Below the pieces are notes generated by a model. It did not search any database and was not told the origin of the DNA. It was given only the letters and a program-made list of their open reading frames with translations. The position numbers were made by a program, and so were the translations under genes. Positions 19,401-28,953 of a DNA stretch of 64,000 bases are shown piece after piece. Origin of the DNA: Pseudomonadota bacterium (lineage in GTDB: Bacteria > Myxococcota > JACRCW01 > JAFGSX01); the NCBI GenBank assembly GCA_043821645.1, contig JBDRCO010000052.1, positions 97,442-161,441 of the forward strand. Reading direction: 5' to 3'. Numbering within the stretch: position 1 is the first letter of the stretch; each line of letters opens with the position of its first letter.

Positions 19401-22195
19401 CCTGCGACAACTGTCCGGCCGTCGCCAATGCGGACCAGGCCAACAGCGACTCGGATCGGTACGGCAATGCCTGTGACAACTGCCCGGCACTGGCCAACCC
19501 TGCCCCGAGCTGCACGATTCACGACGATTGCGTGGGTGCCGGCGGTATCTGTCTCGGAGGGCAGTGCAAGGAACAGGCGGACCTCGACGGTGATGGTGTC
19601 GGCGACGCCTGCACGCCGGATGACGACGGAGATGGTTACTGCGGTGCCGGAGAGGATCTGGTCACAGGCATCACCTGTGCGGTCGACTCCGGCGGTGCGA
19701 TCATCGAGGACAACTGTCCCACCGTTGCCAACGCCGACCAGGCGGACGCGAACAACGACGGCGTGGGTGATGCGTGCGATCCCGACATCGACGGCGATGG
19801 CGTGGTCAATGGCGCGGACAACTGCGTCGAGCTGCGCAACGCCTGGACCGCTGTGGGTCCCCTGATGGAAACCGAGGATATCCCCGTGGGTCCCGGCGGC
19901 GAGGATGCCGGCGAGGACGCCGGTGCCGAGGACGCCGGTGCCGCCCAGGGAACCAATGACACCAGCCCCGAGGACATGGGGACCTTGAACCTGGGCGAAT
20001 ACGTCCAGGCCTACGGTACCATCCAGGACGTTCCGGGAGAGACCCAGGATCAGTTCCAGATCACCCCGGCGGCGGACGTCGTGGGCAAGTGGCTGCAGTT
20101 CGGTCTCAACGTGGACGACATGGACACCTATACCGAGGCGGACCTCGAGTGGACCGTGCCGGGAGCGACCGTGACCTGGAGCCCGGACGACCTCGGTGGC
20201 CCGTACTGGTTCGCAGCGCTCCAGGTTGCGAACACCAATCCCATCGTCATCACCGTGCGCAAGCCCGCGACCTCGACCGCCACCGGGGACATCGTGTACC
20301 GGCTGCGCTGGAGGGCAGGTGGCCAGACTGACATCGACCTCGATGCGATGGGAGATGTCTGCGACGTGTGCCCGGCTGTCGAGGATGACGGCACCGATAC
20401 CGACGACGACGGCGTGGGCGATGCCTGCGACAACTGCATCCTGGCCGCCAATGCCGGCCAGACCGACACCAACACCGACGGCATAGGCGACGCCTGTGCC
20501 GGTGTGGACAACGACAACGACGGCGTGGCCAACGCCCAGGACAACTGCCCGGATGACGCCAACCCGGATCAGGCTGACGACGACGAAGACGATGTCGGTG
20601 ACGCCTGCGATGGCAACGGTGACGGCGACACGATCCTGGATATCGATGACAACTGCCCCACGGTGGACAACGAGAACCAGCTCGACACCGACGGCGATGA
20701 CATCGGCGACGCCTGTGATGTCTGCGTCAACGTTCAGGACGACGGCAGCGACACCGACGAAGATGGCGTGGGCGACTTCTGTGACAACTGCGTCATCGTC
20801 GCCAACGCAGGCCAGGAAGACACGACGAACCCGGTCGACGGCATCGGCGATGCCTGCGACGGCACCGACAACGACAATGACACCGTGGCCAACGCCACCG
20901 ACAACTGCCCGGCCGATGCCAACACGGACCAGAGCGACCTCGATGGCGATGGCGTCGGCGATGTCTGCCTGGCTGCCGCCGACGACGACGACGGTGATTT
21001 CTGGAACAACACCCTCGACAACTGCATTGACGTGGTGAACCCCGATCAGATGGACCTGGACCTGGACGGTCTGGGCGATGCCTGCGACGAGGACTCCGAC
21101 GGCGACGGAATCTGCGATCCCAACCCGGCCACCCTGGCCACCGCTGCGCACTGCCTCGGCGTGGACAACTGTCCGAGTGTTGTCAACCCGGACCAGGCAG
21201 ATGCGGATAGCAACGGAGTCGGAGATGCGTGCGAGGCGAGCGACGGGCCCTACGTGGCCAGCGAGCGCGAGCCCAATGACGTCACTGCCCAGGCTCAGGG
21301 CATCGGTTTGATCTTCCCGCAGATCCCCTACCTGATAAGTGGCACGGTCGACGACGACGATAGCTGTGCCTGGTACCCGGACGTGTTCCTGGAGTCCTTC
21401 AGCCACGATGCAGATTTCTATACCTTCACGGTCACGGCCTCTGGTCAGCTCACCATGACGCTCGACTGGCCGGGTGCAGGCGACCTCGATGCCGTGGTCA
21501 TGGATAGCCGCGGTGTGGTGGTGGGCACGACAGACTCCGTGGTGGACGATTTTGCCTTCGCCAGCGGGGACAAGCCCGAGCGCCTGAGCGGTGGCTACCA
21601 TGACCTGGACTACGACGGGGTACCCGAGATCGCGTTCACCGATCTCGCGGTGCAGAAGGATGAAACCTTCTACGTGTTCGTGGCGGACTGCGCGGCGCCC
21701 GGCGGCCAGTACCAGCTCAGCATCATGCTGCGTGAGGACGCGGGCGAGCCCAACGAGGACTTCACCCAGGCCGAAGACCTGGGGCCGCTGCTCGATGCGC
21801 TGCCCATCAACATCACAGGTGCTGTCAGCGGGACCGGTGCCTGCGACTGGTATCCCAACATCTTCTTCCTCGAGGCCGTGCATGACGACGTGGATCTGTT
21901 CACGTTCACGCCGCTCGAGGACGGCACGCTGACCGCCTTCCTGGACTGGGACGACGCGGCCGGCGACCTGGATGTCGTGGTCTTCGATGAGCGCGGTGTG
22001 GTCGAGGGTTCGACGGAGACCGTGCTGTCCTTCGGCGGGGCCGGGGCCAGCAAGCCCGAGATCATTCCTTCGGCAGACGATCCCACGATCGTTCACGTGA
22101 CGGCGGACACCACCTACTACGTCGGCACATTCTTCTGCGACGCGGCAGGTGACGTCATCTATCGGTTGAACCTCACCCTGGACCAGGACAACTAG
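16418..22195 (+). CDS. Giant thrombospondin type 3 repeat (Ca-binding) lipoprotein with EPN(D/E)-initiated PPC-like domains, 1925 aa
   Basis: Lipobox VLGAC; about 30 D(N/L/V)C..N..Q.D.D.DG.GD.C units by manual count; EVEPND, EREPND and GEPNE domain starts; SD GGAGGA. Confidence 0.92.
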   Translation: MGALHRRLTVKPLGRLLLAGLVVLVLGACETSGCIPGSVDPTGVELTGTVRVPAALNPLLPGEAAQGPTIPEVEPNDYDAPVGRPTYQDIGAVETDGPSTTVTGSMSGSDLRDRFVFTLTKTGSVTIWYQHTCDSGLNNLWFAKGTDLADDYSNVITIEQIAGKNDGEDAIKISAVLKAGEQYLIHNRYMAEQECGYKILLAAQGGTILGNVYIGAFANDAPYIIDDRWANSQLDGEKSRQPVAGTQAGHFEFDASGDLVGTFKGIFVQPDQDYYLFAYADNDGSNSAGNAGLNFTINGPPSAADFIMPSALKIRVKTDMDPLALVVDRAVTDSDFDGLPDADINGDGLGDDNCPTDYNPDQNDRDGDKVGDVCDNCPDVFNWDQTNTDGAGKGDACNDNANAMCPFVDNRELASCPSDTDGDEIDDGYLVCPDEKRICDPAKLIVMALDNCPSVANPDQSDNEGDAFDDKGALRTGADRGGDACDDDDDNDGKKDDADNCPLLGNADQKDGDQDTVGDVCDNCLEVANTNQSDINGDGVGDACTIDDDGDGACDPGSTPDGTCEGVDNCPTVENADQLDSDGDGVGDACDLCPENWNAAQSGTAEDSDGDGVGTLCDNCPDLANPDQADQDSDDIGDLCDADADGDGVDDTIDNCPAVPNPRPACETEQDCAGAGLSCGSDGFCTQQKNSDPDALGDACDNCPFSDNPQQADRDGDGVGDACDVCPWVEDPKPACDPAGNDDSGVNPECEGAGGVCQLDPFDPAAGTCRSQPDTDRDRTGNACDPDDDGDEVCDPGVINAAVCQGSDNCPSERNPDQADGDVDGVGDVCDADTDRDADGVPNPQDNCPGDENPNQEDSDADGVGDACDNCPTRVNAPPSCVVAADCGAYGGVCEFSRCISQADADGDGVGDLCDLCINDEDADQTDTDGDHIGDACDTDDDNDGIVDGQDNCPLRANASQVDADRDNIGDVCDNCLGLYNPAQADHDSDGIGNACDNCPAVANADQANSDSDRYGNACDNCPALANPAPSCTIHDDCVGAGGICLGGQCKEQADLDGDGVGDACTPDDDGDGYCGAGEDLVTGITCAVDSGGAIIEDNCPTVANADQADANNDGVGDACDPDIDGDGVVNGADNCVELRNAWTAVGPLMETEDIPVGPGGEDAGEDAGAEDAGAAQGTNDTSPEDMGTLNLGEYVQAYGTIQDVPGETQDQFQITPAADVVGKWLQFGLNVDDMDTYTEADLEWTVPGATVTWSPDDLGGPYWFAALQVANTNPIVITVRKPATSTATGDIVYRLRWRAGGQTDIDLDAMGDVCDVCPAVEDDGTDTDDDGVGDACDNCILAANAGQTDTNTDGIGDACAGVDNDNDGVANAQDNCPDDANPDQADDDEDDVGDACDGNGDGDTILDIDDNCPTVDNENQLDTDGDDIGDACDVCVNVQDDGSDTDEDGVGDFCDNCVIVANAGQEDTTNPVDGIGDACDGTDNDNDTVANATDNCPADANTDQSDLDGDGVGDVCLAAADDDDGDFWNNTLDNCIDVVNPDQMDLDLDGLGDACDEDSDGDGICDPNPATLATAAHCLGVDNCPSVVNPDQADADSNGVGDACEASDGPYVASEREPNDVTAQAQGIGLIFPQIPYLISGTVDDDDSCAWYPDVFLESFSHDADFYTFTVTASGQLTMTLDWPGAGDLDAVVMDSRGVVVGTTDSVVDDFAFASGDKPERLSGGYHDLDYDGVPEIAFTDLAVQKDETFYVFVADCAAPGGQYQLSIMLREDAGEPNEDFTQAEDLGPLLDALPINITGAVSGTGACDWYPNIFFLEAVHDDVDLFTFTPLEDGTLTAFLDWDDAAGDLDVVVFDERGVVEGSTETVLSFGGAGASKPEIIPSADDPTIVHVTADTTYYVGTFFCDAAGDVIYRLNLTLDQDN

Positions 22196-22215
22196 GCGCA
22201 GGGCTTCACCAAGCG

Positions 22216-24954
22216 ATGGAGAGAGCGATGAAGAGGCTCATTCACGGAGTGATGGTTCTGGCGCCCCTCGCGATGCTCCTGTGGAGCGCGAACGCCCAAG
22301 CAGTCACCCAGACCGGGCAGGTCACGGGCTATGTCTCCGACCAGTCCGGCATGCCGGTACCCGACGTTCGCATCGAGGTCGCCGGCGAGAACCTCATCGG
22401 TGGCAAGCGCAGCACGACCACCAACGAGGACGGCGAGTTCCGGTTCTTGCAGCTGCCGCCAGGTATGTACAAGGTGGTGGCGACGCACGAGCTATACCGG
22501 CGCGTGACGATGGACAAGGTCGCGGTGCAGATCAACCGCACGGCCAGCGTCGACATCGTGCTCGAGCCGCCGGTGGCCGCCGAGGCCGAGGCTTACGTGG
22601 TCAAGGGCACGGTGCCGGTGGTCGATGTCGAGCGAACCACCCTGGGCAATTCAGTGTCCGCGAGTTTCACCGAGACCATCCCCACCAGCCGCGACTACCA
22701 GGGCATGGCCCAGCTGGTCCCGGGCGTGGTGGGTGGCGCCAACCCGAACGTGCATGGCGCGACCCTGTACGGCAACCAGTACTTCCTTGACGGCATCAAC
22801 ATCACCGACCCGGTGACCAACACCTTCAGCGCCAACTTCAACTTCGATGCCATCCAGGAAGTCGAGGTCCTCACCGGCGTGCTGGACGCCGAATATGGCA
22901 GCGCCCAGGGCGGCATCATCAACATCGTCACCAAGAGCGGCGGAAACGAGTTCACCGCCGACGCCTCGATCTACTACTCTTCCGCCTACCTGCAATGGCG
23001 TGAGAAGGGCGAGGAAGAACTCAACAACCAGATGCTTCAGCTCTCCCTCAACGTGGGCGGGCCCATCATCAAGGACAGGCTGTGGTTCTTTGTCTCCGGT
23101 GAGGTGCCCTGGGCCATCCAGACCCTTCCGCCCACCGCGGCCACCAGCGACATCTTCCCGGATCAGGCAGGCAAGCTGCACCCTTCGCGCGACTTCCGGG
23201 CCTTTTATGGTCTGGCCAAGCTGACCTGGCAGCCCTTCAGCAACCAGACCTTCAAGTTCTTGCTGCAGGGCGACCCCACCACCATCTACAACGAGGGGCA
23301 GAGTCCATCCATCCATCCCGACGCCGAGACCCAGCGCTACCAGGGTGGCGTCATCGCGTCGGTGGCCAGCGAGACCTTCGTGTTGCCCGAGCTGTTCCTG
23401 AACAACCGCCTGGCCTACACCCACGGCCGCTTGTTCATCTATCCGCAGTCCAATGACTTCGATACCCCGGGGCGCGGCAACACGGCCACCGGCACGGCCA
23501 CGGTCAACGATACCACCTGGCTCGACGACAATCGCTACCGCGTGCAATTGCACTCGTCGGCCACCTATACCCTGGACAACCTCATCGGCGAGCACCAGTT
23601 CAAGGCTGGCGTCGACGCGTCCCTGACCATCAACACGGTGTTCGACTCGCTGCCCGGCGGTGGTTCCTACACCGACAATGGCCTGGACCCGACCAACCCG
23701 AACTCTGCGTCGGGCGCCGGTCTGCCGTATCAATACACGCGCCTCATCGAATCCCAGGACACCGTCATCTATGGCGACACCGTCAGCGTGTTCGTCCAGG
23801 ACAAGTGGAAGCCCTTCCCCTCGCTGACCGTGCGTCCAGGCCTGCGCATGGACTCCGCGCGCATGCGCAACTTCGAGGGCGTCGCCCAGGTCCAGATCAA
23901 CACCCTGAGCCCGCGCCTCGCCGTCAGTTGGGATCCCTTCGACGACAACAAGACCGCTCTGCGCGCCGGTTACGGCCAGTACGTGGACACGGGCTACCTG
24001 GCGCTGTCGGATTTTGCCGGCGGCAAGGGCAAGCTCACCCATACCTACGAGTACAACCCCATCACGGAAGAGTACGACATCTACCTGTACGAGGAAGGTG
24101 GAGCCAACGGCGTCGAGGGCAAGGACTACCTCAAGGACATGTTCGACCAGCGCCGTCCCCGCGTGCACGAGCTCAACCTCGGCGTGAGCCGTGAACTCAT
24201 CACCGACCTCGGCTTCAGCGCGGACTTCATCTATCGCTTCTACGGCAACCAGTGGGAGGACGACGAGATCAACGCCCAGTGGAACGAGGATGGCGACGCG
24301 GTCATCGGTTTCAACAACGGCGAGCAGAAGTACATCTACAGCCTGGGTGCCCTCGACGAGGCCTTCATTCGTTACTATGGCTTCGAGTTCGCCCTGAACA
24401 AGCGCTTCAGCTCCAACTGGGAAATGATGGCCTCCTACACTTGGTCGTGGACCGAGGGGACAGAGCCCAGCATCATCAGCGTTGCGTTCGATCGCCCGCG
24501 CCAGCGGGAATATGAGTTCGGCTTCCTGCCCCAGGATGTCCGCCACGTGCTCAAGATCTACGGCAGCTACCGCCTGCCCTACGGCTTCGTGGTCGGCGGA
24601 CGCGTGCGCTACCAGTCCGGCGGTCCGTACAACCGCTATTACTTCAACAGCTTCTACAGCGACTACGAGGACCGACGCGCACCCCGCGGCTTCGATCGCC
24701 AGGACGACGGGACACTGGTCGAGCTGCGCTACCCCGACACCTTCACGGTCAACGCGCGCGTGACGTGGCAGCTACAGGAGCTGACGGGCCAGAAGCTCGA
24801 CCTGATCTGCGAGGTGTTCAACCTGCTCAACGCGCGGACACCAGCGGGCTACGAGACCCGGAACCTGCCGGCTGGCGGCGCCACCCAGTTCGGCGACGTC
24901 ACGGACAAGCTCGATCCACTCAACGTGCAGCTGGGTCTCCGGTACCGTTTCTAG
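22216..24954 (+). CDS. Oar-like TonB-dependent outer membrane receptor with N-terminal carboxypeptidase-regulatory-like domain
   Basis: Signal peptide; TGQVTGYV.D..G.P.P; plug NQYFLDGINITDP, AEYG..QGGIINIVTKSGGNEF; GGPIIKDRLWFF; SPRL..SWDP; C-terminal LGLRYRF. Confidence 0.93.
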   Translation: MERAMKRLIHGVMVLAPLAMLLWSANAQAVTQTGQVTGYVSDQSGMPVPDVRIEVAGENLIGGKRSTTTNEDGEFRFLQLPPGMYKVVATHELYRRVTMDKVAVQINRTASVDIVLEPPVAAEAEAYVVKGTVPVVDVERTTLGNSVSASFTETIPTSRDYQGMAQLVPGVVGGANPNVHGATLYGNQYFLDGINITDPVTNTFSANFNFDAIQEVEVLTGVLDAEYGSAQGGIINIVTKSGGNEFTADASIYYSSAYLQWREKGEEELNNQMLQLSLNVGGPIIKDRLWFFVSGEVPWAIQTLPPTAATSDIFPDQAGKLHPSRDFRAFYGLAKLTWQPFSNQTFKFLLQGDPTTIYNEGQSPSIHPDAETQRYQGGVIASVASETFVLPELFLNNRLAYTHGRLFIYPQSNDFDTPGRGNTATGTATVNDTTWLDDNRYRVQLHSSATYTLDNLIGEHQFKAGVDASLTINTVFDSLPGGGSYTDNGLDPTNPNSASGAGLPYQYTRLIESQDTVIYGDTVSVFVQDKWKPFPSLTVRPGLRMDSARMRNFEGVAQVQINTLSPRLAVSWDPFDDNKTALRAGYGQYVDTGYLALSDFAGGKGKLTHTYEYNPITEEYDIYLYEEGGANGVEGKDYLKDMFDQRRPRVHELNLGVSRELITDLGFSADFIYRFYGNQWEDDEINAQWNEDGDAVIGFNNGEQKYIYSLGALDEAFIRYYGFEFALNKRFSSNWEMMASYTWSWTEGTEPSIISVAFDRPRQREYEFGFLPQDVRHVLKIYGSYRLPYGFVVGGRVRYQSGGPYNRYYFNSFYSDYEDRRAPRGFDRQDDGTLVELRYPDTFTVNARVTWQLQELTGQKLDLICEVFNLLNARTPAGYETRNLPAGGATQFGDVTDKLDPLNVQLGLRYRF

Positions 24955-25085
24955 TTCTCTCCGGGCCTGGCTACGGGTCCTGCCCAGGTGCCCGATAGAG
25001 ACCGGTACGTGCACGACCCTTCGGGCCTGCTAGAATAGAGAAGAGGCCTGTGGCGGATGCTGCGGGGCCGTGCCGTGGGTGCAGG

Positions 25086-25844
25086 ATGTTTGAGGGCTTC
25101 GTCGAGCAGCGACACGAGACCGGCCTGTTGCGGCGGCTGGCAGCGTTCTCGCTATCGACGGGTCTGCACATTGGCCTGGTTGCGCTGATCCTGTTTCTCT
25201 CGGTCAAGGTCGCCGAGAGTGCCGCGGACGAGGAAGTGCCGGTGCTGTTCTATGCACCACCCCCCCCGCCACCGCCTCCTCCACCACCACCCAAGGTCAC
25301 CAAGGTCAAGAAGGTCAAGACCAGGCCCACCGAGATCGTCCAGCCCAAGGTCGAGGAGATCAGACCCGTGGAGCCCGAGCTAGAGCCCGAGCCAGAACCC
25401 GAGCCAGAACCCGAGCCGGTGAATGACGAGGACGGCGAGGAAGGTGGCGTCGAGGGCGGCGTGGTGGGTGGCGTCGTGGGAGGTGTGGTCGGTGGGGTGG
25501 TCGGTGGGGTGCTTGGTGGCCAGCTCGGTGGTCAGCTCCCGCCACCCGACGAGCCGGTGCGTCTGAAGAAGGGCATGACTCCGCCCAAGGTCGTGGCCTC
25601 CACCATGGCAGAGCCCGAGTACCCGCGTATGCTTCGAGAGGCGCGTGTCGAGGGACGCGTCATGCTGCTCATCGCGGTCAAGCGGGATGGCAGCGTCGGT
25701 GAGGTTCAGGTCCGCAGTGGCAACTCTGCCCTGGCCAAGGCTGCGGTCGAAGCGATCAAGAAATGGCGATTCAAACCCGCCATGTACAACGGGCAGCCGA
25801 TTGCCGTATGGCTGCCCTATCCCTTCGTGTTCAAGCTGGAGTAA
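25086..25844 (+). CDS. tonB: Energy transducer TonB
   Basis: TM with S...H motif (STGLHIG), poly-Pro, EP and GGVV repeats, C-terminal PEYP..LR...VEGRV..AIKKWRFKPA. An extended -10 (TGCTAGAAT, 25028-25036) lies upstream. Confidence 0.93.
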   Translation: MFEGFVEQRHETGLLRRLAAFSLSTGLHIGLVALILFLSVKVAESAADEEVPVLFYAPPPPPPPPPPPPKVTKVKKVKTRPTEIVQPKVEEIRPVEPELEPEPEPEPEPEPVNDEDGEEGGVEGGVVGGVVGGVVGGVVGGVLGGQLGGQLPPPDEPVRLKKGMTPPKVVASTMAEPEYPRMLREARVEGRVMLLIAVKRDGSVGEVQVRSGNSALAKAAVEAIKKWRFKPAMYNGQPIAVWLPYPFVFKLE

Positions 25845-25864
25845 TGTGCCGAGCGGAGAGTGAG

Positions 25865-25887
25865 GACGCACGGCTCGCCCGTGCGTC
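25865..25887 (+). other. Perfect 9-bp intergenic hairpin between tonB and exbB
   Basis: GACGCACGG-CTCGC-CCGTGCGTC; there is no U-tract, so a stabiliser or processing element is more likely than an intrinsic terminator. Confidence 0.5.
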
Positions 25888-26010
25888 GACCCGTGAGCCT
25901 TCTGCCCCGCATCCCACCCGCCGAGCTTCCTCGCCGGGCTCCAGGTGTCGCAGGCAGCGCCAGATCCGGGACGTCACACTGGACGTGCCCGATCGCGTCA
26001 GGAGCGTCAG

Positions 26011-26700
26011 ATGGAATTCAGTCTGGTTCACATGTGGGAGACGATGGGCACCATCGCCAAGACGGTGGTGTATGTCCTGCTGTTCATGAGCGTGGGTACC
26101 ATCGGCATCGCCATCGAGCGGCTCATTGCCTTCGTGCGAGCCTCGGGGCAGTCCACCAAGTTCGCCCTCGACATCCGCTCCGCGCTCGACGGGCGCGACT
26201 TCGCGCGGGTGGGTGAGCGCCAGGGGCTGTACAAGCAGTCTCCCCTGGCCCAGGTCGTCGGCAGCGGTGTCTCCGAGTACAACAAGGCGCTGCAGGCGCG
26301 CGGCGCGGGGGCGACTTACGAGGCCGTCGCGGCGGCGCAGAGAGCCAGCGAGCGCAGCATCGACGTCGAGCTGACCAGGCTGCGGCGCGGACTCGGAGTC
26401 CTCGCCACGGTTGGGTCGACCGCGCCCTTCGTCGGTCTGTTTGGCACGGTGTTCGGCATCATCAACGCGTTCCAGGCCATGGGTGAGGGGCAGGGCGATC
26501 TGGCGACCATCGGACCCGGCATCGCCGAGGCTCTGGTGACGACGGCGTTCGGCATCCTGGTGGCCATCATTGGGGTGTGGTTCTACAACGCCTACACCGC
26601 TCGTGTGGATGCCGTGGGTGGGGCTCTGATCACGGCCAAGAACGAGATCGTGGACTACTTCATCAAGGACGAGGGCAGGGCCCAGCATACGGCCGCCTAG
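26011..26700 (+). CDS. exbB: MotA/TolQ/ExbB proton channel protein
   Basis: LATVGSTAPFVGLFGTVFGIINAF, GIAEALVTTAFGILVAI; SD AGGAG before ATG 26011. Confidence 0.93.
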   Translation: MEFSLVHMWETMGTIAKTVVYVLLFMSVGTIGIAIERLIAFVRASGQSTKFALDIRSALDGRDFARVGERQGLYKQSPLAQVVGSGVSEYNKALQARGAGATYEAVAAAQRASERSIDVELTRLRRGLGVLATVGSTAPFVGLFGTVFGIINAFQAMGEGQGDLATIGPGIAEALVTTAFGILVAIIGVWFYNAYTARVDAVGGALITAKNEIVDYFIKDEGRAQHTAA

Positions 26701-26719
26701 GTCCGAGGAGATTGCGCAG

Positions 26720-27136
<417 letters not shown>

Positions 27137-27162
27137 GCCGCCAGGAGAAGGATCCCAGGACT

Positions 27163-27621
27163 ATGGCGATGCAGATCGGCAGCAAGGGCATTCAGTCCGA
27201 GATCAACGTCACGCCGCTCATCGACGTGGTGCTGGTGCTGCTCATCATCTTCATGGTGGTCGTGCCCCTGGTCGAGCGCCGTTTCATCCTCGCCGTTCCC
27301 GAGAAGGACCTTCCTCAGGAGGAGCTTCCCGAAGACAGCCCGAAGCCGCTGCTGGTCATGCTGGAGGCGGACGGCTCGGTCAAGCTGAACGACCAGGTCC
27401 TGCCCATGGAGCAGCTCCTGGACAAGTTGCACACCGTGCTCAGGCGTCGCGACGAGAAGGTGGTGTTCTTCGACGCTGCGAAGAGCGCCAACTACGGACA
27501 GGCCGTGGACGTGATGGACGCCTGTCGTGGCGTCGGAGCCCGGCACATCGGCATCATCGATCCGGCAGCTGTTGCCGGCGAGTTGCCCGAAGCCCCGGTC
27601 GAAGCTCTACCCTCACCCTGA
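27163..27621 (+). CDS. exbD: ExbD/TolR biopolymer transporter (second paralog)
   Basis: EINVTPLIDVVLVLLIIFMV. Confidence 0.92.
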   Translation: MAMQIGSKGIQSEINVTPLIDVVLVLLIIFMVVVPLVERRFILAVPEKDLPQEELPEDSPKPLLVMLEADGSVKLNDQVLPMEQLLDKLHTVLRRRDEKVVFFDAAKSANYGQAVDVMDACRGVGARHIGIIDPAAVAGELPEAPVEALPSP

Positions 27622-28953
27622 CGCGTGCTCGCCTGCACAGCCCATCCAGGGGTCGCGTCCACGGATGCCGCCGGAGGCCATGGCGCGGGCCCGGCACGCT
27701 CCCGCGCAGGTGACAAGATCGTCGCAGGCTGCGCAGGACGCGCCCGGTTCAAGTTGACGCCACATTGTCACCGCCGGCGACTCCGCCCAGCACTCGGTCA
27801 GGGTGTGATGGTGCAGGCTCCAGGCATTGTCCGGGCGCAGGCTTCCGCAGCCGAGCACGCGTCCGTCGTGGGTCACGGTCGCAGTGGTGGTTCCAGCGAT
27901 ACAGCCGAAGCCCGGCGACACCCCGAGCCAGGCCGGGGCGCGTGTCGGAATGCCGTCGGACAGATCCGCAGGACAGCTGGTCTCGGGCCAGGCGTCGCGA
28001 ACCCGTTTTACGACGCGCTGCCAGTGCCGACGCGGCACCACCAGATCGTGCGCCGCGCTCGCCTCGCCGAGCTGCGAGAAGGGCTTGAACACCACGCGGT
28101 GCACCCCCAGGCGGGTGGCCAGGGGTGCGAATTCCAGCAAGCGATTCGCGACGGCAGGTGTCACCGTGACCCGCAGCTTGACGTCGTGCGCGCCCGCCGC
28201 GATCAGGTGCGCGATGCCGCGCATGGCACGATCGAACTGACCCCGGCCGCGCAGGCGGTCATGGCTCTCGGCATCGGGCCCGTCGAGGGAAATGGAGTAG
28301 CCGCGCAGCGGACTTGCCGCGAGCTGGCGCGCCCTGGTCTCGTCGACGAGTGTGGCGTTGGTGCACAGCCAGGCATCCAGCTGGTGCTGGGCCAGGCCAT
28401 CCAGAACACGTTCGAGGTCCGGTCGCAGCAGTGGCTCGCCACCGGCCAGGACCAGCAGCGGGGCGCCGAGTTGCTTCAGCTCTGCAAACAGCTCGGACCA
28501 GCGCGCGGCCGGTAACTCGTCGCGCGCAGGCGAGGCGACCACGTCCATGTAGCAGTGTGCACAGCGCAGATTGCAGGCGCGGGTCAGCTCCACGTGGGTG
28601 ACCAGGGGAGCCGTGAGAGCCGGATGTGTCCGCGGTGTGTCGACGACCTGCGCCGTGCAGCGAAAGCCCGCGTCGAGCATCCCCTCCCGCCGCCAGCTCG
28701 CCACCAGAAGCGAAAAGGCCTGGTCGTCGAGCCCGGGGACGCCTCCCTGGCGCGCGTACTGCGTCAGGATGCTCTCCTGCGTCGAGCTTGCCAGGAGGAT
28801 GGCTGGACCCGGCGGGATCGCCTCGGTGCTGCAGTCGGAACGTCTGTACCACAGGGCGCCAAAACGCTCCTTGCGCAGGACGTCAGGGGCAGTCGATGGC
28901 GAGGGATGACTTGGGGTGGCCAGATCCGAGGCGCAGGTGCGGGCAGAGACCAT
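27613..28953 (-). CDS. Radical SAM protein with SPASM domain and MftB/PqqD(RRE)-like N-terminal region
   Basis: CNLRCAHC (CxxxCxxC), GGEP, SISLDG; SPASM Cx17C...Cx2Cx5Cx3Cx18C; N-terminal LRKERFGALWY. Confidence 0.93.
   Translation of the reverse strand: MVSARTCASDLATPSHPSPSTAPDVLRKERFGALWYRRSDCSTEAIPPGPAILLASSTQESILTQYARQGGVPGLDDQAFSLLVASWRREGMLDAGFRCTAQVVDTPRTHPALTAPLVTHVELTRACNLRCAHCYMDVVASPARDELPAARWSELFAELKQLGAPLLVLAGGEPLLRPDLERVLDGLAQHQLDAWLCTNATLVDETRARQLAASPLRGYSISLDGPDAESHDRLRGRGQFDRAMRGIAHLIAAGAHDVKLRVTVTPAVANRLLEFAPLATRLGVHRVVFKPFSQLGEASAAHDLVVPRRHWQRVVKRVRDAWPETSCPADLSDGIPTRAPAWLGVSPGFGCIAGTTTATVTHDGRVLGCGSLRPDNAWSLHHHTLTECWAESPAVTMWRQLEPGASCAACDDLVTCAGACRARAMASGGIRGRDPWMGCAGEHASG

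Noticed and set aside
17400-21240. Regularly recurring GACAACTGCCC / GGCGACGCCTGCGAC motifs resembling an array
   Set aside because: These are codons of TSP3 protein repeats with synonymous variation and irregular spacing. Not CRISPR, and no cas genes are present.
17345-22096. 1583-aa minus-strand ORF, and similar long antisense ORFs at 6172-8370, 8515-10266, 12837-15587, 22651-24546 and 57303-59066
   Set aside because: Shadow frames of strongly GC3-biased genes on the opposite strand; V/A/G/R-rich with no recognisable motifs.
25253-25530. C-rich tract and GGTGG-type repeats in tonB as a contingency locus or G-quadruplex signal
   Set aside because: Explained by the poly-Pro, EP and GGVV linkers typical of myxobacterial TonB proteins; the frame is intact.
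27613-28953. Calling the radical SAM enzyme MftC, PqqE or a heme-biosynthesis AhbC/NirJ
   Set aside because: No mftA/D/E, pqq or heme genes nearby and no short IDGxCGVY- or ExxxY-type precursor seen; only family-level similarity is supported.
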